Shown one piece after another: positions 37,344 through 46,728 of a stretch of 64,000 nucleotides of DNA. Under the pieces are notes generated by a model. That model was not told the origin of the DNA. It did no database searches and saw nothing but the letters and a program-made list of their open reading frames with translations. Every line of letters starts with the position of its first letter. The first letter of the stretch is position 1. Made by a program: the position numbers and the translations under genes. The DNA is from an uncultured cyanobacterium (lineage in GTDB: Bacteria; Cyanobacteriota; Cyanobacteriia; CAKZMO01): assembly GCA_963719515.1 (NCBI GenBank), contig CAVRCJ010000003.1, forward strand, positions 640,001-704,000, in the 5' to 3' direction.

Positions 37344-38435
37344 CTACTTTTGCCGCACGGGCTGGGAGGACGCGAGCAGCTCTAGAACGGCGCACTCGTA
37401 GCGCTCTAAATAATCAACCGTCTGCTGAGCGGACTGCATCAGGGGAACCAAGTCCCCTGAAAGGTAGGCCTCAGGAACGCGGGGATGCACGTAGTACTTG
37501 CGGCAGGTTGCCGGGCGATTGCCGAGCTGCTTTGCCACCGCTTTAATGGCCGTCACCACCCGCTGCTGGGCCGCCGGCTTCGAGTCTTCTGGCCCCATCC
37601 CCCCTAGCTCCAAAGCGGTCAGCACCGTGCCGCCCCAGGTGCGAAACTCTTTTGCCGTCAGGTCTTCACCCGTTAGAGCCTGCAGATAGTCATTCACATC
37701 TTCCGAATCCACCTGCTGGCGTTGGCCCTCGTCGTCGATGTATTGAAATAGCCTGTATCCCGGAATCTCGTAGCAGCGCTTGATAATCTTCACCAGCTGC
37801 TTATCGGCCAGCGCAATGTGATGGTTCACGCCGCTCTTGCCGGTGAACTCAAACTCAACTTGACTTCCCTCAATATCAACATGGCGCGTCCGTAGGGTCG
37901 TCAATCCGTAGGAGCTATTCTCGCGGGCATATTCGACGTTGCCGATGCGAATCAGCGTCGTTTCCAGCAGCCTCACGACTAAGGCCAGCACCTTCTGGCG
38001 CGGTAGCCCCCGCAGGCGCAGGTGAACCTCGGTCTGTTCTCGAATTCGGGAGAGCATCTTGCCAAAGGTCTGCAGGCGCTCAAACTTGACCTCGTTGCGA
38101 AGTCTGCGCCACTCGGGGTGGTAGCGATATTGCTTCCGGCCCTTGGCGTCTCGCCCGGTAGCAATCAGGTGACCGTTTTCGAAGGGGCAAATCCAGACGT
38201 CTTTCCAGGAGGGCGGAATCGGCAGCTGTTTGAGGCGATCGCGCTCGGCTTTACTTTTAATTCGGCTGCCGTCCACGTCGAAATAGCTAAACCCTCGCCC
38301 TACCTTTCGACGTCGTACACCGGGCTGCCGGTCGCTGACGTACCGCAGCCCCAGCTTGCGTGCCGCTTTGATTGGGGATCTATTCACTGGAGACGGTCGA
38401 CCTGTAGGTATTGCCCTGGCTTTAGTTAAGCGCAA
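37344..38435 (-). CDS. bacterial DNA topoisomerase IB
   Basis: IPPSW, GRDAKGRKQYRYH, RIGN, FTGKSG, TAKEFRTW, LGNRPATCRKYYVHP. Confidence 0.93.
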   Translation of the reverse strand: MRLTKARAIPTGRPSPVNRSPIKAARKLGLRYVSDRQPGVRRRKVGRGFSYFDVDGSRIKSKAERDRLKQLPIPPSWKDVWICPFENGHLIATGRDAKGRKQYRYHPEWRRLRNEVKFERLQTFGKMLSRIREQTEVHLRLRGLPRQKVLALVVRLLETTLIRIGNVEYARENSSYGLTTLRTRHVDIEGSQVEFEFTGKSGVNHHIALADKQLVKIIKRCYEIPGYRLFQYIDDEGQRQQVDSEDVNDYLQALTGEDLTAKEFRTWGGTVLTALELGGMGPEDSKPAAQQRVVTAIKAVAKQLGNRPATCRKYYVHPRVPEAYLSGDLVPLMQSAQQTVDYLERYECAVLELLASSQPVRQK

Positions 38436-38584
38436 CGCTGTGGCTGTATTCCCCTATCTAAAGGGCTGACCTTGGATCTATCAGGGGTTGCGCTTTCATT
38501 TCTGTCTTTTGAGCGACGTGCCGCCTCAGGGTTGTAGAGGAAAATCCTAGGGCTGGATTTCTACAAACAGGCGGCAAATTTAAC

Positions 38585-39391
38585 ATGCGTGGACTTGAAG
38601 GCAAAAGCGTTTTGGTAACGGGAGCCAGCACGGGAATTGGACGGGCGATCGCCCAGCGGTTTGCGGAGGAAGGCGCCAAAGTTTGCGTCAACTATTACAG
38701 CAGCCCTGAAGAAGCGGAAGACACGAAAGCGCAGATGCTAGAAGCCTGTAGCGAGATGGAGAGCTGCAGCCTACAGAAGCCCATCCTCGTCCAGGCGGAC
38801 GTTTCCGAGCCGGAAGACGTGACGCGGCTATTTAACGAAACGATTACGGCCTTTGGCGGTCTAGATATCTTAGTCAACAACGCCGGCATCCAGTTTGAAG
38901 GGCCCTCCCACGAGATTGAGCTATCCAAGTTCAACAAAATGCTGGACGTCAACCTGCGGGGCGCTTACCTCTGCGCTCGTCAGGCGCTGAAGCATTTTGT
39001 CGACCACGACGTCAAAGGGGTGATCATCAACAACTCCAGCGTCCATGAGGTGATTCCTCGCCCCGGCTACCTGGGCTACACCATGAGTAAGGGCGGCATG
39101 GAGAACATGACCCGCACCCTGGCGCTAGAATACGCCCGCAGAGGCATCCGGGTAAATGCCATTGGCCCAGGTGCCACCATCACGCCCATCAACGACGACT
39201 GGATCAACGACCCGGAAGAGCGCCAAAAAATTGAGGAGTTCATCCCGATGGGTCGGTCCGGGACGCCGGAAGAGATGGCGGTTGCCGTCGCGTTTTTGGC
39301 CTCTGACGATGCGTCCTACATCACGGGTCAAACCCTGTTCATCGACGGCGGTTTAACCCTTTACCCCGGCTTTCGAGAGCCAATCACTTAG
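38585..39391 (+). CDS. glucose 1-dehydrogenase-like SDR
   Basis: TGASTGIG, NNAGIQ, SSVHE, YTMSK. Confidence 0.9.
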   Translation: MRGLEGKSVLVTGASTGIGRAIAQRFAEEGAKVCVNYYSSPEEAEDTKAQMLEACSEMESCSLQKPILVQADVSEPEDVTRLFNETITAFGGLDILVNNAGIQFEGPSHEIELSKFNKMLDVNLRGAYLCARQALKHFVDHDVKGVIINNSSVHEVIPRPGYLGYTMSKGGMENMTRTLALEYARRGIRVNAIGPGATITPINDDWINDPEERQKIEEFIPMGRSGTPEEMAVAVAFLASDDASYITGQTLFIDGGLTLYPGFREPIT

Positions 39392-39430
39392 GTCACCGAC
39401 TTAGGTCACCCGCTAGCCTCCGCAGCTGCC

Positions 39431-40618
39431 CTAATGCCGCAGGGGCGCGGCGATGTCGAAGGGAAACGCCACGGTAAAGGCTGTGCCTTCCCCGACGGTA
39501 GAGGCGACCTGGATGGTGCCCTGCATCAGCTTAACGAGCTGAGCGACGATCGCTAGCCCCAAGCCCGTGCCGCCTTGATTGACGTCAGCGCCATCGGCGG
39601 TGCGAAAGTAGGCGTCAAAAATCTGGGTTTGCTCAGCGGGAGTGATGCCTACACCGCTGTCGGCTATGGTGGTGGACCAGCGATCGCCCTTGAGGATCTG
39701 GCAGGTGATGGTAATGCTGCCGCTGTCAGTGTACTGAATAGCGTTGCTGATCAGGTTCGTCAGGATTTGCTGCAGCCGCAGCGGGTCGATAACCACCGTT
39801 GGGGGAGCGCGATCGCAGTCTACAACCAGCGTCAGCGATTTTTCCCGCGACAGGGGTTCGACCATTTCGACAACGGTGCGAATGGTTTCCCGGGGGTCAA
39901 CCGTCCCCGCTTCTATCAGCGTCTCGCCAACGCGCGAGATCTCAAGGGTGTTGTTGATGAGCCGCAGCAGCAGGCGTCCGCTGCGCAGCACCCGCTCGAT
40001 GCTTTCTATATTAGGGGACGACTCTTTAGGGCCCATTTGCTGCTGGCGCAAAAACGTATCGGCGTACCCAATGATGGAGGTGAGGGGGGTCTTTAGCTCG
40101 TGGGCCATGTGGGAGACGCTGTTGCGGTTGACCCGGACGAGCCGGGTTAGCTCCTGGTTGGTCAACTGCATCTGGCTTTTGAGCTGCTCGAGCTCGTTGA
40201 ATCGCGCTTGGGTATAGCTGTTAAAGCAGCGGGCGATCGCCTCGTCAATGATGGTGTCGATCAGGCGTACGGTACGCAGCACTTCTTGGGGCGTCCCCTG
40301 CAGCAAATCCTCCTCCAAAGCAGAAAAGGTGATTGTTCTCAGAAGGCGGTACTCCCTGGCAATCTCGGCAGGCTCAAACCCCTGCTCGGCGCGGACGATA
40401 CCGTGCGTTAGGCTTGCCTCTACGATTATTTCTAGGTCGTTCTCCTCCGTCTGGGACAGCACCGTAGCGAGTCCCTTGAGCACCTGAGGCAGGCTGTCGC
40501 GCACGGCCTTAAACGTCAGCTCGTCGGTTGCCTCAATTTGCTGATCGTTAAAAACAGCCTCAATCCATTGAGCGACAATCGCGTCGCGCTTAAGATCTAG
40601 AATTTCGCTAAAATTCAT
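39431..40618 (-). CDS. sensor histidine kinase with RsbRD-N-like helical input domain
   Basis: AHELKTPL, NLISNAI, DSGVG, GTGLGL. Confidence 0.9.
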   Translation of the reverse strand: MNFSEILDLKRDAIVAQWIEAVFNDQQIEATDELTFKAVRDSLPQVLKGLATVLSQTEENDLEIIVEASLTHGIVRAEQGFEPAEIAREYRLLRTITFSALEEDLLQGTPQEVLRTVRLIDTIIDEAIARCFNSYTQARFNELEQLKSQMQLTNQELTRLVRVNRNSVSHMAHELKTPLTSIIGYADTFLRQQQMGPKESSPNIESIERVLRSGRLLLRLINNTLEISRVGETLIEAGTVDPRETIRTVVEMVEPLSREKSLTLVVDCDRAPPTVVIDPLRLQQILTNLISNAIQYTDSGSITITCQILKGDRWSTTIADSGVGITPAEQTQIFDAYFRTADGADVNQGGTGLGLAIVAQLVKLMQGTIQVASTVGEGTAFTVAFPFDIAAPLRH

Positions 40619-40736
40619 GCCTCTCCACAGGAATATCGTATGGCCCGCTCGCGGTCTAGATTGCTCCTAGGCATTAGGACGAGGCTGTTTCTACCGTTTA
40701 ATATTAAGGCAAGACGTCTACAGCCCTACCAGAGCC

Positions 40737-41162
40737 ATGCTGAAAATCAACGATCGCCTAGCGATTCCGCTGAGTGAGATAGACCTCAGCGCCATTCGCT
40801 CTCAGGGGGCTGGGGGGCAAAACGTCAACAAGGTGGCAACGGCCATTCACCTACGGTTTGATATCGACGCCTCATCCCTCCCCCCCTATGTTAAAGATCG
40901 CCTGACGGCCCTGAGCGATCGCCGTATTACTAAAGACGGTGTCATCGTCCTCAAAGCTCAGCAGCACCGCACCCAAGAGCAAAACCGGGACGACGCCCTC
41001 CTGCGGCTAAAGCAGCTGATTCAAAAGGCACTGATTGTAGCCGCGCCCCGCAGGACCACCCGCCCCTCCCGCCGCGCCAAGCAGCGGCGGCTGGACGGTA
41101 AGACAAAGCGGGGACAACTCAAAGCGCTTCGGCGTAAGGTGTCTGAACCCTTAGATTCTTGA
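40737..41162 (+). CDS. arfB: alternative ribosome rescue peptidyl-tRNA hydrolase
   Basis: GAGGQNVNKV motif, basic C-terminal tail. Confidence 0.93.
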   Translation: MLKINDRLAIPLSEIDLSAIRSQGAGGQNVNKVATAIHLRFDIDASSLPPYVKDRLTALSDRRITKDGVIVLKAQQHRTQEQNRDDALLRLKQLIQKALIVAAPRRTTRPSRRAKQRRLDGKTKRGQLKALRRKVSEPLDS

Positions 41163-41233
41163 TTGTCCTGTGCCTTTGTCGCGTCTTCCGTTTTTATAAA
41201 ACCCACATCCAATCGTTTACTTAGAACAAACTT

Positions 41234-41626
41234 ATGAATCGATTCAGCTTTTTTGCAGCAGCGCTAACGATGGGCTTCACTGCCCTGAGCGCCATCCCAG
41301 CCGCAGCCCAGCCGCAGCAGGGGGCGGAGCTGTTCAACGCAGATCTGGCGCGGGCCAAAAACCTTGCCCGGCAAGTCGGTGAGCGGGAGAATGGCGGCAT
41401 CCTCGAATATCGGACAGAGCTGGCCATGCATGGCCCTGCCGAAGAGGCTCCGTTTGTCGAAAACGCCGACGGCAGCTGGACGTTTACCTTCCAGGGGTGC
41501 CGCACTGAGCTGCTCGACAGCACAGGCCAATGTAGCACCTACACTGTCGAGTCTGTGGTCACGGTCACCCCAGACAATACAGTCACCCTCGATGCGAACC
41601 GTACCCTTCCTGTAGACCAGCCCTAG
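41234..41626 (+). CDS. secreted hypothetical protein
   Basis: Signal peptide; RAKNLARQ..ENGG motif. Confidence 0.7.
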   Translation: MNRFSFFAAALTMGFTALSAIPAAAQPQQGAELFNADLARAKNLARQVGERENGGILEYRTELAMHGPAEEAPFVENADGSWTFTFQGCRTELLDSTGQCSTYTVESVVTVTPDNTVTLDANRTLPVDQP

Positions 41627-42183
41627 CTGGCGCGCCCGTACTCTTCAGTCGTGACGTTGCCCTGAGCGTCAAGGGTTTGCACCATGCAGTTGCCGTCGGC
41701 AAACGTCTTGATGTAAGCGGTGGGCTCTTGCAGATAGCCGTAGGTCACGCTGCTATCTGCATTTTCCTGAATGGCGACGGGAGAGGCTTTGTCGAGTACG
41801 GGTTGATAAGGCTTTTGCGTAATGGTGAGCAGAGGCTCGGCGTCTTGCCAGGTCACCTGAGCCGTTTGACTCGGAGTGCTGCAAAGAACGTCTGTGCCCT
41901 GAATTCCGACCGCTGGGTTCGCCGAGGGAACCGTCGACTGCGGCGCGGCAGTGGACTCCGTTGGGGCCTCCGTCGCGGTGGTGGCTGGAGGGGAGGCCGC
42001 TGGTGCGCCTTCGGTTGCTGCAGGTGGATTAGAAGCGGCTGGGTTAGCGTCGTCTCCGGGACCACAGCCTATCATCAGCCCTGAGAGGAGAATCAGGCAA
42101 GCGCCTAGGGCTGCGGGGCGTGCCAGCCGTTGATTAGTGAAGGTGCTAGCCAAAGCCGTTGGTTTCATGTCGTTTGTGATCAT
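41623..42183 (-). CDS. hypothetical lipoprotein
   Basis: Lipobox MIGC, Pro/Ala/Thr-rich linker. Confidence 0.65.
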   Translation of the reverse strand: MITNDMKPTALASTFTNQRLARPAALGACLILLSGLMIGCGPGDDANPAASNPPAATEGAPAASPPATTATEAPTESTAAPQSTVPSANPAVGIQGTDVLCSTPSQTAQVTWQDAEPLLTITQKPYQPVLDKASPVAIQENADSSVTYGYLQEPTAYIKTFADGNCMVQTLDAQGNVTTEEYGRAS

Positions 42184-42353
42184 TATTTCCTGTCCGCTTC
42201 AGTTCAGATTAACTAGAATTCTATACGCCAAGCCCTCTGCTTTGATCTAGCGCTGGCGGGTCTGCTCGTAGACTACCAGAGCCAGAAAAGCGATCGCCGT
42301 CACCGCCACCGAGCCGCCCAGGGCAATGAACACCGTCTGCCACCCCAGCGCCA

Positions 42354-42689
42354 TCACGAGGCCTGCGCCGGCTTTTTCTTCAGCTTCACCGCAGTTCCCA
42401 CCGCCAAAAGCTCCGCTGCCCCCTGCATAACCACCGACGTGGAGAACACCACCCCCACCACCCCGTCGGCTCCCTGCCGCTGGGCTTCCGCCACCATGCG
42501 ATCGATGGCCTGCTCGCGGGCCTCTGCCATGAGCTTGGTGTATTCTGAGACCTCGCCGCCAACGATGGTTCGCAGTCCGGCCACAATGTCGTTGCCGATG
42601 TGGCGGGCGCGAATGGTGTTGCCTTTCACCAGGCCCAGGGTTCTGACGATGTCGTAGTCGGCGAGATGGTGTTGAGTAGAGATAATCAT
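42354..42689 (-). CDS. YbjQ/UPF0145 family protein
   Basis: LGLVKG, GGEVSEYT, AREQA, GADGVVG, GTAV. Confidence 0.92.
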   Translation of the reverse strand: MIISTQHHLADYDIVRTLGLVKGNTIRARHIGNDIVAGLRTIVGGEVSEYTKLMAEAREQAIDRMVAEAQRQGADGVVGVVFSTSVVMQGAAELLAVGTAVKLKKKPAQAS

Positions 42690-42702
42690 GGGGAATATCC
42701 TC

Positions 42703-42906
42703 CTACTTTTTGATGTGCTTTGAATAGTATGCGTCTTCTTGATTCGCCAAGCGCTCCTGCAGCACTTTGATGAATAAGACCCCGATGCCCAGAAGACCCA
42801 GCAGCCCGACTATTCCCCAGGGCAAAGCCGTAATCATACCAACCACCATCGCGATGACGTAGGCGATCGCAACGAGCAGCAGTAGGACGTAGCCAATTAC
42901 CGTCAT
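42703..42906 (-). CDS. small two-TM membrane protein
   Basis: Operonic between the GNAT and YbjQ genes. Confidence 0.65.
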   Translation of the reverse strand: MTVIGYVLLLLVAIAYVIAMVVGMITALPWGIVGLLGLLGIGVLFIKVLQERLANQEDAYYSKHIKK

Positions 42907-43469
42907 GACGTTGGGGGGTTGGAGTTCAGCTCTTGCCAGCGCACCTTATTGATCCGGTATAGCACATGCCGCTGCAGCCTATGGCCCTCCGGCAGCGCCG
43001 GGTGGTCGAAGTCGTCCTCCGGCTGGTAAGTCATGCCGAGGCGCTCCATCACGGCTCTTGAGCGCTGATTCTCTACTGCCGTAATCGACACAATTTTCTC
43101 TAGTGCCAGTGTCTCAAAGCCGTAATTCAGCGCGCCCCTAGCCCCTTCGGTGGCGTATCCCTGGCCCCAAAACTGCCGCGCCAGCCGCCAGCCTGCCTCC
43201 ACCGCCGGGGTAAAGTGGGCCTCAAAGTCCGCCACCTCTATGCCAATAAAGCCGATAAATGCCCCGGTCTCCCGCAGCTCCGCCGCCCAAAAGCCAAACC
43301 CGTGCTGGTCAATACTCTGCTCTATTCGCGCCACGGCAGCGTCAGACTCTTGGCGGATGAGCAGGCCCGGAAAGTAGCGCCGCACCTCGGGGTCGGCGTT
43401 GAGGCGAGCAAAGGGCTCTAGGTCGGAAGGCTGCCAGCGGCGCAGCAGCAGGCGCGGGGTCGTAATCAT
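42903..43469 (-). CDS. RimJ/RimL-type GNAT acetyltransferase
   Basis: TPRLLLR, VEAGWRL, WGQGYATE, NQRSRAVMERLGM. Confidence 0.92.
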   Translation of the reverse strand: MITTPRLLLRRWQPSDLEPFARLNADPEVRRYFPGLLIRQESDAAVARIEQSIDQHGFGFWAAELRETGAFIGFIGIEVADFEAHFTPAVEAGWRLARQFWGQGYATEGARGALNYGFETLALEKIVSITAVENQRSRAVMERLGMTYQPEDDFDHPALPEGHRLQRHVLYRINKVRWQELNSNPPTS

Positions 43470-43493
43470 GGCGTAATCATGGCGGCTTAAATC

Positions 43494-44612
43494 TCAGTGT
43501 GCTAAGGGTAGCGAAAAGCGAAACGTACTGCCTACCCCCAGCTTGCTCTCTACCGCAATCGTTCCCCCCTGCAGCGCCACCAGCCGCCGGGAGATGGCCA
43601 GCCCAATGCCCGTCCCGCCCGACTGGCGATCGCGCGATCGATCCGCCCGCCAAAACCGCTCGAACACCAGGGGCAAATCGGCGGCGGCGATGCCAATACC
43701 CGTATCCGCTACCGCCACCCACAGCAGCTCGCCATCAGGCCAAGCCTGAATCTCCACCCGGCCCGCTGGGGTATAGCGAACGGCGTTGCCCACTAGGTTC
43801 ACCAACACCTGCTCCACCCGCGCCGGGTCGGCCCACGCTTGGGGCAGGCTGGGGGAGGCCGTTAGCTCTAGCGCCACCTCTAGGCGCTGGTCTGCAAAGC
43901 GCTGGATGATCGTCGCCAGCAGCGGATAGATATCGAACGCCTGGGCGTCTACGGGCAGATAGCCCGCCTCCAGCTTAGACAACTCCTGCAGGTCTTCCAC
44001 CAGGCGTCGCATGCGGCGGGTCTCCCGGGTCAGCCGCCCGTAGATATCGGGAGAGGCCTCGAAGGTGCCGTCTTCTAGCCCTTCTAGGTAGCCCTCCAAT
44101 ACCGTCAGCGGCGTGCGCAGCTCGTGGGTCAGGTCGCTGACCAAATCTCGCCGCCGCTGCTCTACGCCTTCTAGGTCGTCGGCCATGCGGTTGAAGCTCA
44201 GCCCCAGCCGGTGCAGCTCAGGAATGGGGATGGGGGGGACGCGGGAGTCTAGCTCTCCGGCGGCAAAGCGGCGGGTGGTGGCCTCAATTTGGTTGAGGGG
44301 ACGCACGATGCGGCGGGTGAGCCAATAGCTGAGCCCCCCCGCCACCGGAGCCCCCAGCAGCAGCGACCACAGCGCCCCCCGGCTCCAGGCAGCCTCGAAT
44401 CCCTGCACCAGCTCGGGGCGCACCTGACGGATGCTGCCGAAGCCCTCAATTTCAATCTGCCGCAGCCGTAGGACAAAGAAGCGGGGAGACGAAACTTTGC
44501 CCACCACAAATAGGGTCGTCAGCCCCACCACCATCACCACAATGTGGGACCAGAAAAGGCGCGACGCCAACGACAGGGGCTTGCGCTTGGGGGGTGAGTT
44601 ACGCATCTTCAA
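43494..44612 (-). CDS. HAMP-domain sensor histidine kinase
   Basis: THELRTPL, NLVGNA, DTGIG, GTGIGL. Confidence 0.92.
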   Translation of the reverse strand: MKMRNSPPKRKPLSLASRLFWSHIVVMVVGLTTLFVVGKVSSPRFFVLRLRQIEIEGFGSIRQVRPELVQGFEAAWSRGALWSLLLGAPVAGGLSYWLTRRIVRPLNQIEATTRRFAAGELDSRVPPIPIPELHRLGLSFNRMADDLEGVEQRRRDLVSDLTHELRTPLTVLEGYLEGLEDGTFEASPDIYGRLTRETRRMRRLVEDLQELSKLEAGYLPVDAQAFDIYPLLATIIQRFADQRLEVALELTASPSLPQAWADPARVEQVLVNLVGNAVRYTPAGRVEIQAWPDGELLWVAVADTGIGIAAADLPLVFERFWRADRSRDRQSGGTGIGLAISRRLVALQGGTIAVESKLGVGSTFRFSLPLAH

Positions 44613-45296
44613 ATTTGTACCCTACCCCCACGACGGTCTTAATAAACTGGGGATGGCTGGGGTCGGGCTCCATCTTTTTGCGCAGCCGCGCCACGTGGGT
44701 ATCCACCACCCGCTCATCGCCAAAAAAGTCGCTGCCCCACAGTTTGTCAATCAGCTGCGCGCGGTTCCACACGCGACCGGGGGCGCTGGCGAAGGTGGCC
44801 AGCAGGTCAAATTCTAGGGGAGTGAGGTCTAAAGGCTCTGGGCTATCGCCCGTGGAGCAGTGGGCCGTCCGCTGCTCTGGGTCTACCGAGAAGTGGGGCG
44901 TTTGGTGCACCTGGGGCTGGCCTCCCTGACGCAGCGATCGCCGCAGCAGGGCTCGCACCCGGCCACTAGCTCTCGGGGGCTGAAGGGCTTGGTCATGTAG
45001 TCGTCGGCACCGGTGGAGAGGCCCACAATGCGGTCAATTTCTTCTCCCTTAGCGGTGAGCATGAGGATGTAGGGGTCTTTGCTGCCGGGGGTTTGGCGGA
45101 TGCGGGCGCAGACTTCGAGGCCGTCGAGCTGGGGCAGCATCAGGTCTAGGATAATTAGGTCGGGGGCGATCGCCTGGAACTGCTGCAGCGCGCTCACCCC
45201 GTCGCGGCAGGTGTGACAGGTGAACCCTTCTTTTTCGAGATAGAGGGTGAGCAGCTGGGCGATTTCGGCTTCGTCTTCAACGATGAGGATGTTCAT
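44599..45296 (-). pseudogene. OmpR-family response regulator split by a 1-nt deletion near 44960 (possible sequencing error)
   Basis: Receiver ORF 44883-45296 plus wHTH ORF 44599-44958; restoring one C gives RELVARVRALLRR. Confidence 0.85.
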
Positions 45297-45338
45297 TGAC
45301 TGCGGTCGAAAAGGGTGAGCACAGTATCATAATGCAAT

Positions 45339-45906
45339 TTGATCATGGCCACTGAGCGAGAAAAGATGCTGGCGGGCCAGCCCTACCGAGCGGCAGACCC
45401 CGAGCTGACGGCAATGCGGCTGGCGGCGCGACGGCAGCTCCACCGCTTCAATGGCCTGTCTCCAGAGGGTGATCTGCAGCGGCAGGAGATTGTGCGATCG
45501 CTCTTTGATGCCGTGGGCTCCGGGCTTTGAGATCAATGCGCCGTTTCACTGCGACTATGGGTGCCACATTCGGGCGGGCCGCAATCTCTATATCAATGTT
45601 AGTTGCATCATTCTGGACTGCAACTGGGTGACCTTTGGCGACGACGTGTTGATTGCCCCCAATGTGCAGATCTACACCGCCTACCATCCGCTAGACCCGG
45701 CGGTGCGCCGCAGCGGGGTGGAAATGGCGGCCCCCATTACCATTGGCAATAACGTTTGGCTGGGGGGTGGCGCGATTGTTTGTCCGGGCGTCACCATTGG
45801 CGATGATGCCGTCATTGGGGCGGGCAGCGTGGTGACGAAGGCTATCCCCGCCGGGGCGATCGCGGTGGGGAATCCCTGCCGGGTGATGCGGACTGTTGGG
45901 GGGTGA
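45339..45906 (+). pseudogene. Maa-like sugar O-acetyltransferase split by a +1 frameshift near 45520 (possible sequencing error)
   Basis: EREKMLAGQPY N-terminus in one frame; PFHCDYG and hexapeptide repeats in another. Confidence 0.85.
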
Positions 45907-46165
45907 CGCGCTGGGGCTATGGGCTATGGCCAGAGGGGTACATGTTTAGCGACCTTGAATATGAAAGGCCGTACGCCTTGGTTTTACCCCCCTCAGTCCC
46001 TCCTTGGAAAGGCGGGAAGCTCAAGCCTCCCCTTTGGCTTTGGCGTGAGCCTGCCCGCAGGGCGTAGGGGAGCTAGAGGGGGTAATCCGAGACGCTAAAC
46101 ACATACCCGGAGGGACTGGCCCCCCGCGACTATGGCGCTACGACAGCGCGGGGCTGCCCAGCGAT

Positions 46166-46450
46166 TTACCCTATGGGTCCGTCGAGCGAACGCTGGCGTA
46201 CGAGGTAGCTCAACACCTCCCCTTCGTTGCGGGTAATTTTGATGCCGCCTTCCCCGATGGCAATCAGCTGGGTCCAAAGGGACTGCTCCACGTACCGCCT
46301 GACGTGCAGCTTGTGGATGGCCTCGCGGACGCCTTCGGGGGAGCCGATGATGATATGGCGGATGATTTCGCCGTTGGGGGCTGGGCTGGGGGTAGTCAGC
46401 ACGGTGGGTGCGGCCTCATTGCTGGGCAGCTCGGGATATAGAAATGTCAT
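46166..46450 (-). CDS. small hypothetical protein, HxxIGSP family copy 2 (start MTFLYP at 46450)
   Basis: IRHIIIGSP..AIHKLHVRRYVEQSLWT..GIKITRNEGEVLSYL; GGAG SD. Confidence 0.75.
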   Translation of the reverse strand: MTFLYPELPSNEAAPTVLTTPSPAPNGEIIRHIIIGSPEGVREAIHKLHVRRYVEQSLWTQLIAIGEGGIKITRNEGEVLSYLVRQRSLDGPIG

Positions 46451-46635
46451 GGGGTTTCTCCGTTTTGGGTTAAGAAAGCCCAAAATTTGGCCATCCCGGA
46501 CTGTGGCATGTCTAGGATGGCCTTCTGCCACGGTTTAAGATGGCAAAAGTCCAAGACAGGGCTCTTCTGTCGCGGGCTAGGGCGCGATCGTCGCTGGTAT
46601 CGGCGATCGCGTCCGCTGTTGACCAAATTTTTGGG
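46451..46635 (-). ncRNA. structured leader RNA, copy 2
   Basis: Closing stem 46620-46635 / 46479-46493; internal hairpins; SD-sequestering hairpin 46452-46481. Confidence 0.6.
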
Positions 46636-46728
46636 GAAGTAGAGCTAAGAATTAAACAGCTCTAGGATGAGAGAATAGCGCACTTAGTACAAAGGATCAA
46701 GCCCAAAATTGCATGGAGGCGATCGCTA

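Noticed and set aside
44599..45906. Programmed frameshifting in the regulator or acetyltransferase
   Set aside because: No slippery sites; clustering with other indels favours sequence error.
45985..46085. Degenerate GC-rich palindrome
   Set aside because: It looks like an ordinary decayed REP-like repeat and is too degenerate to define.
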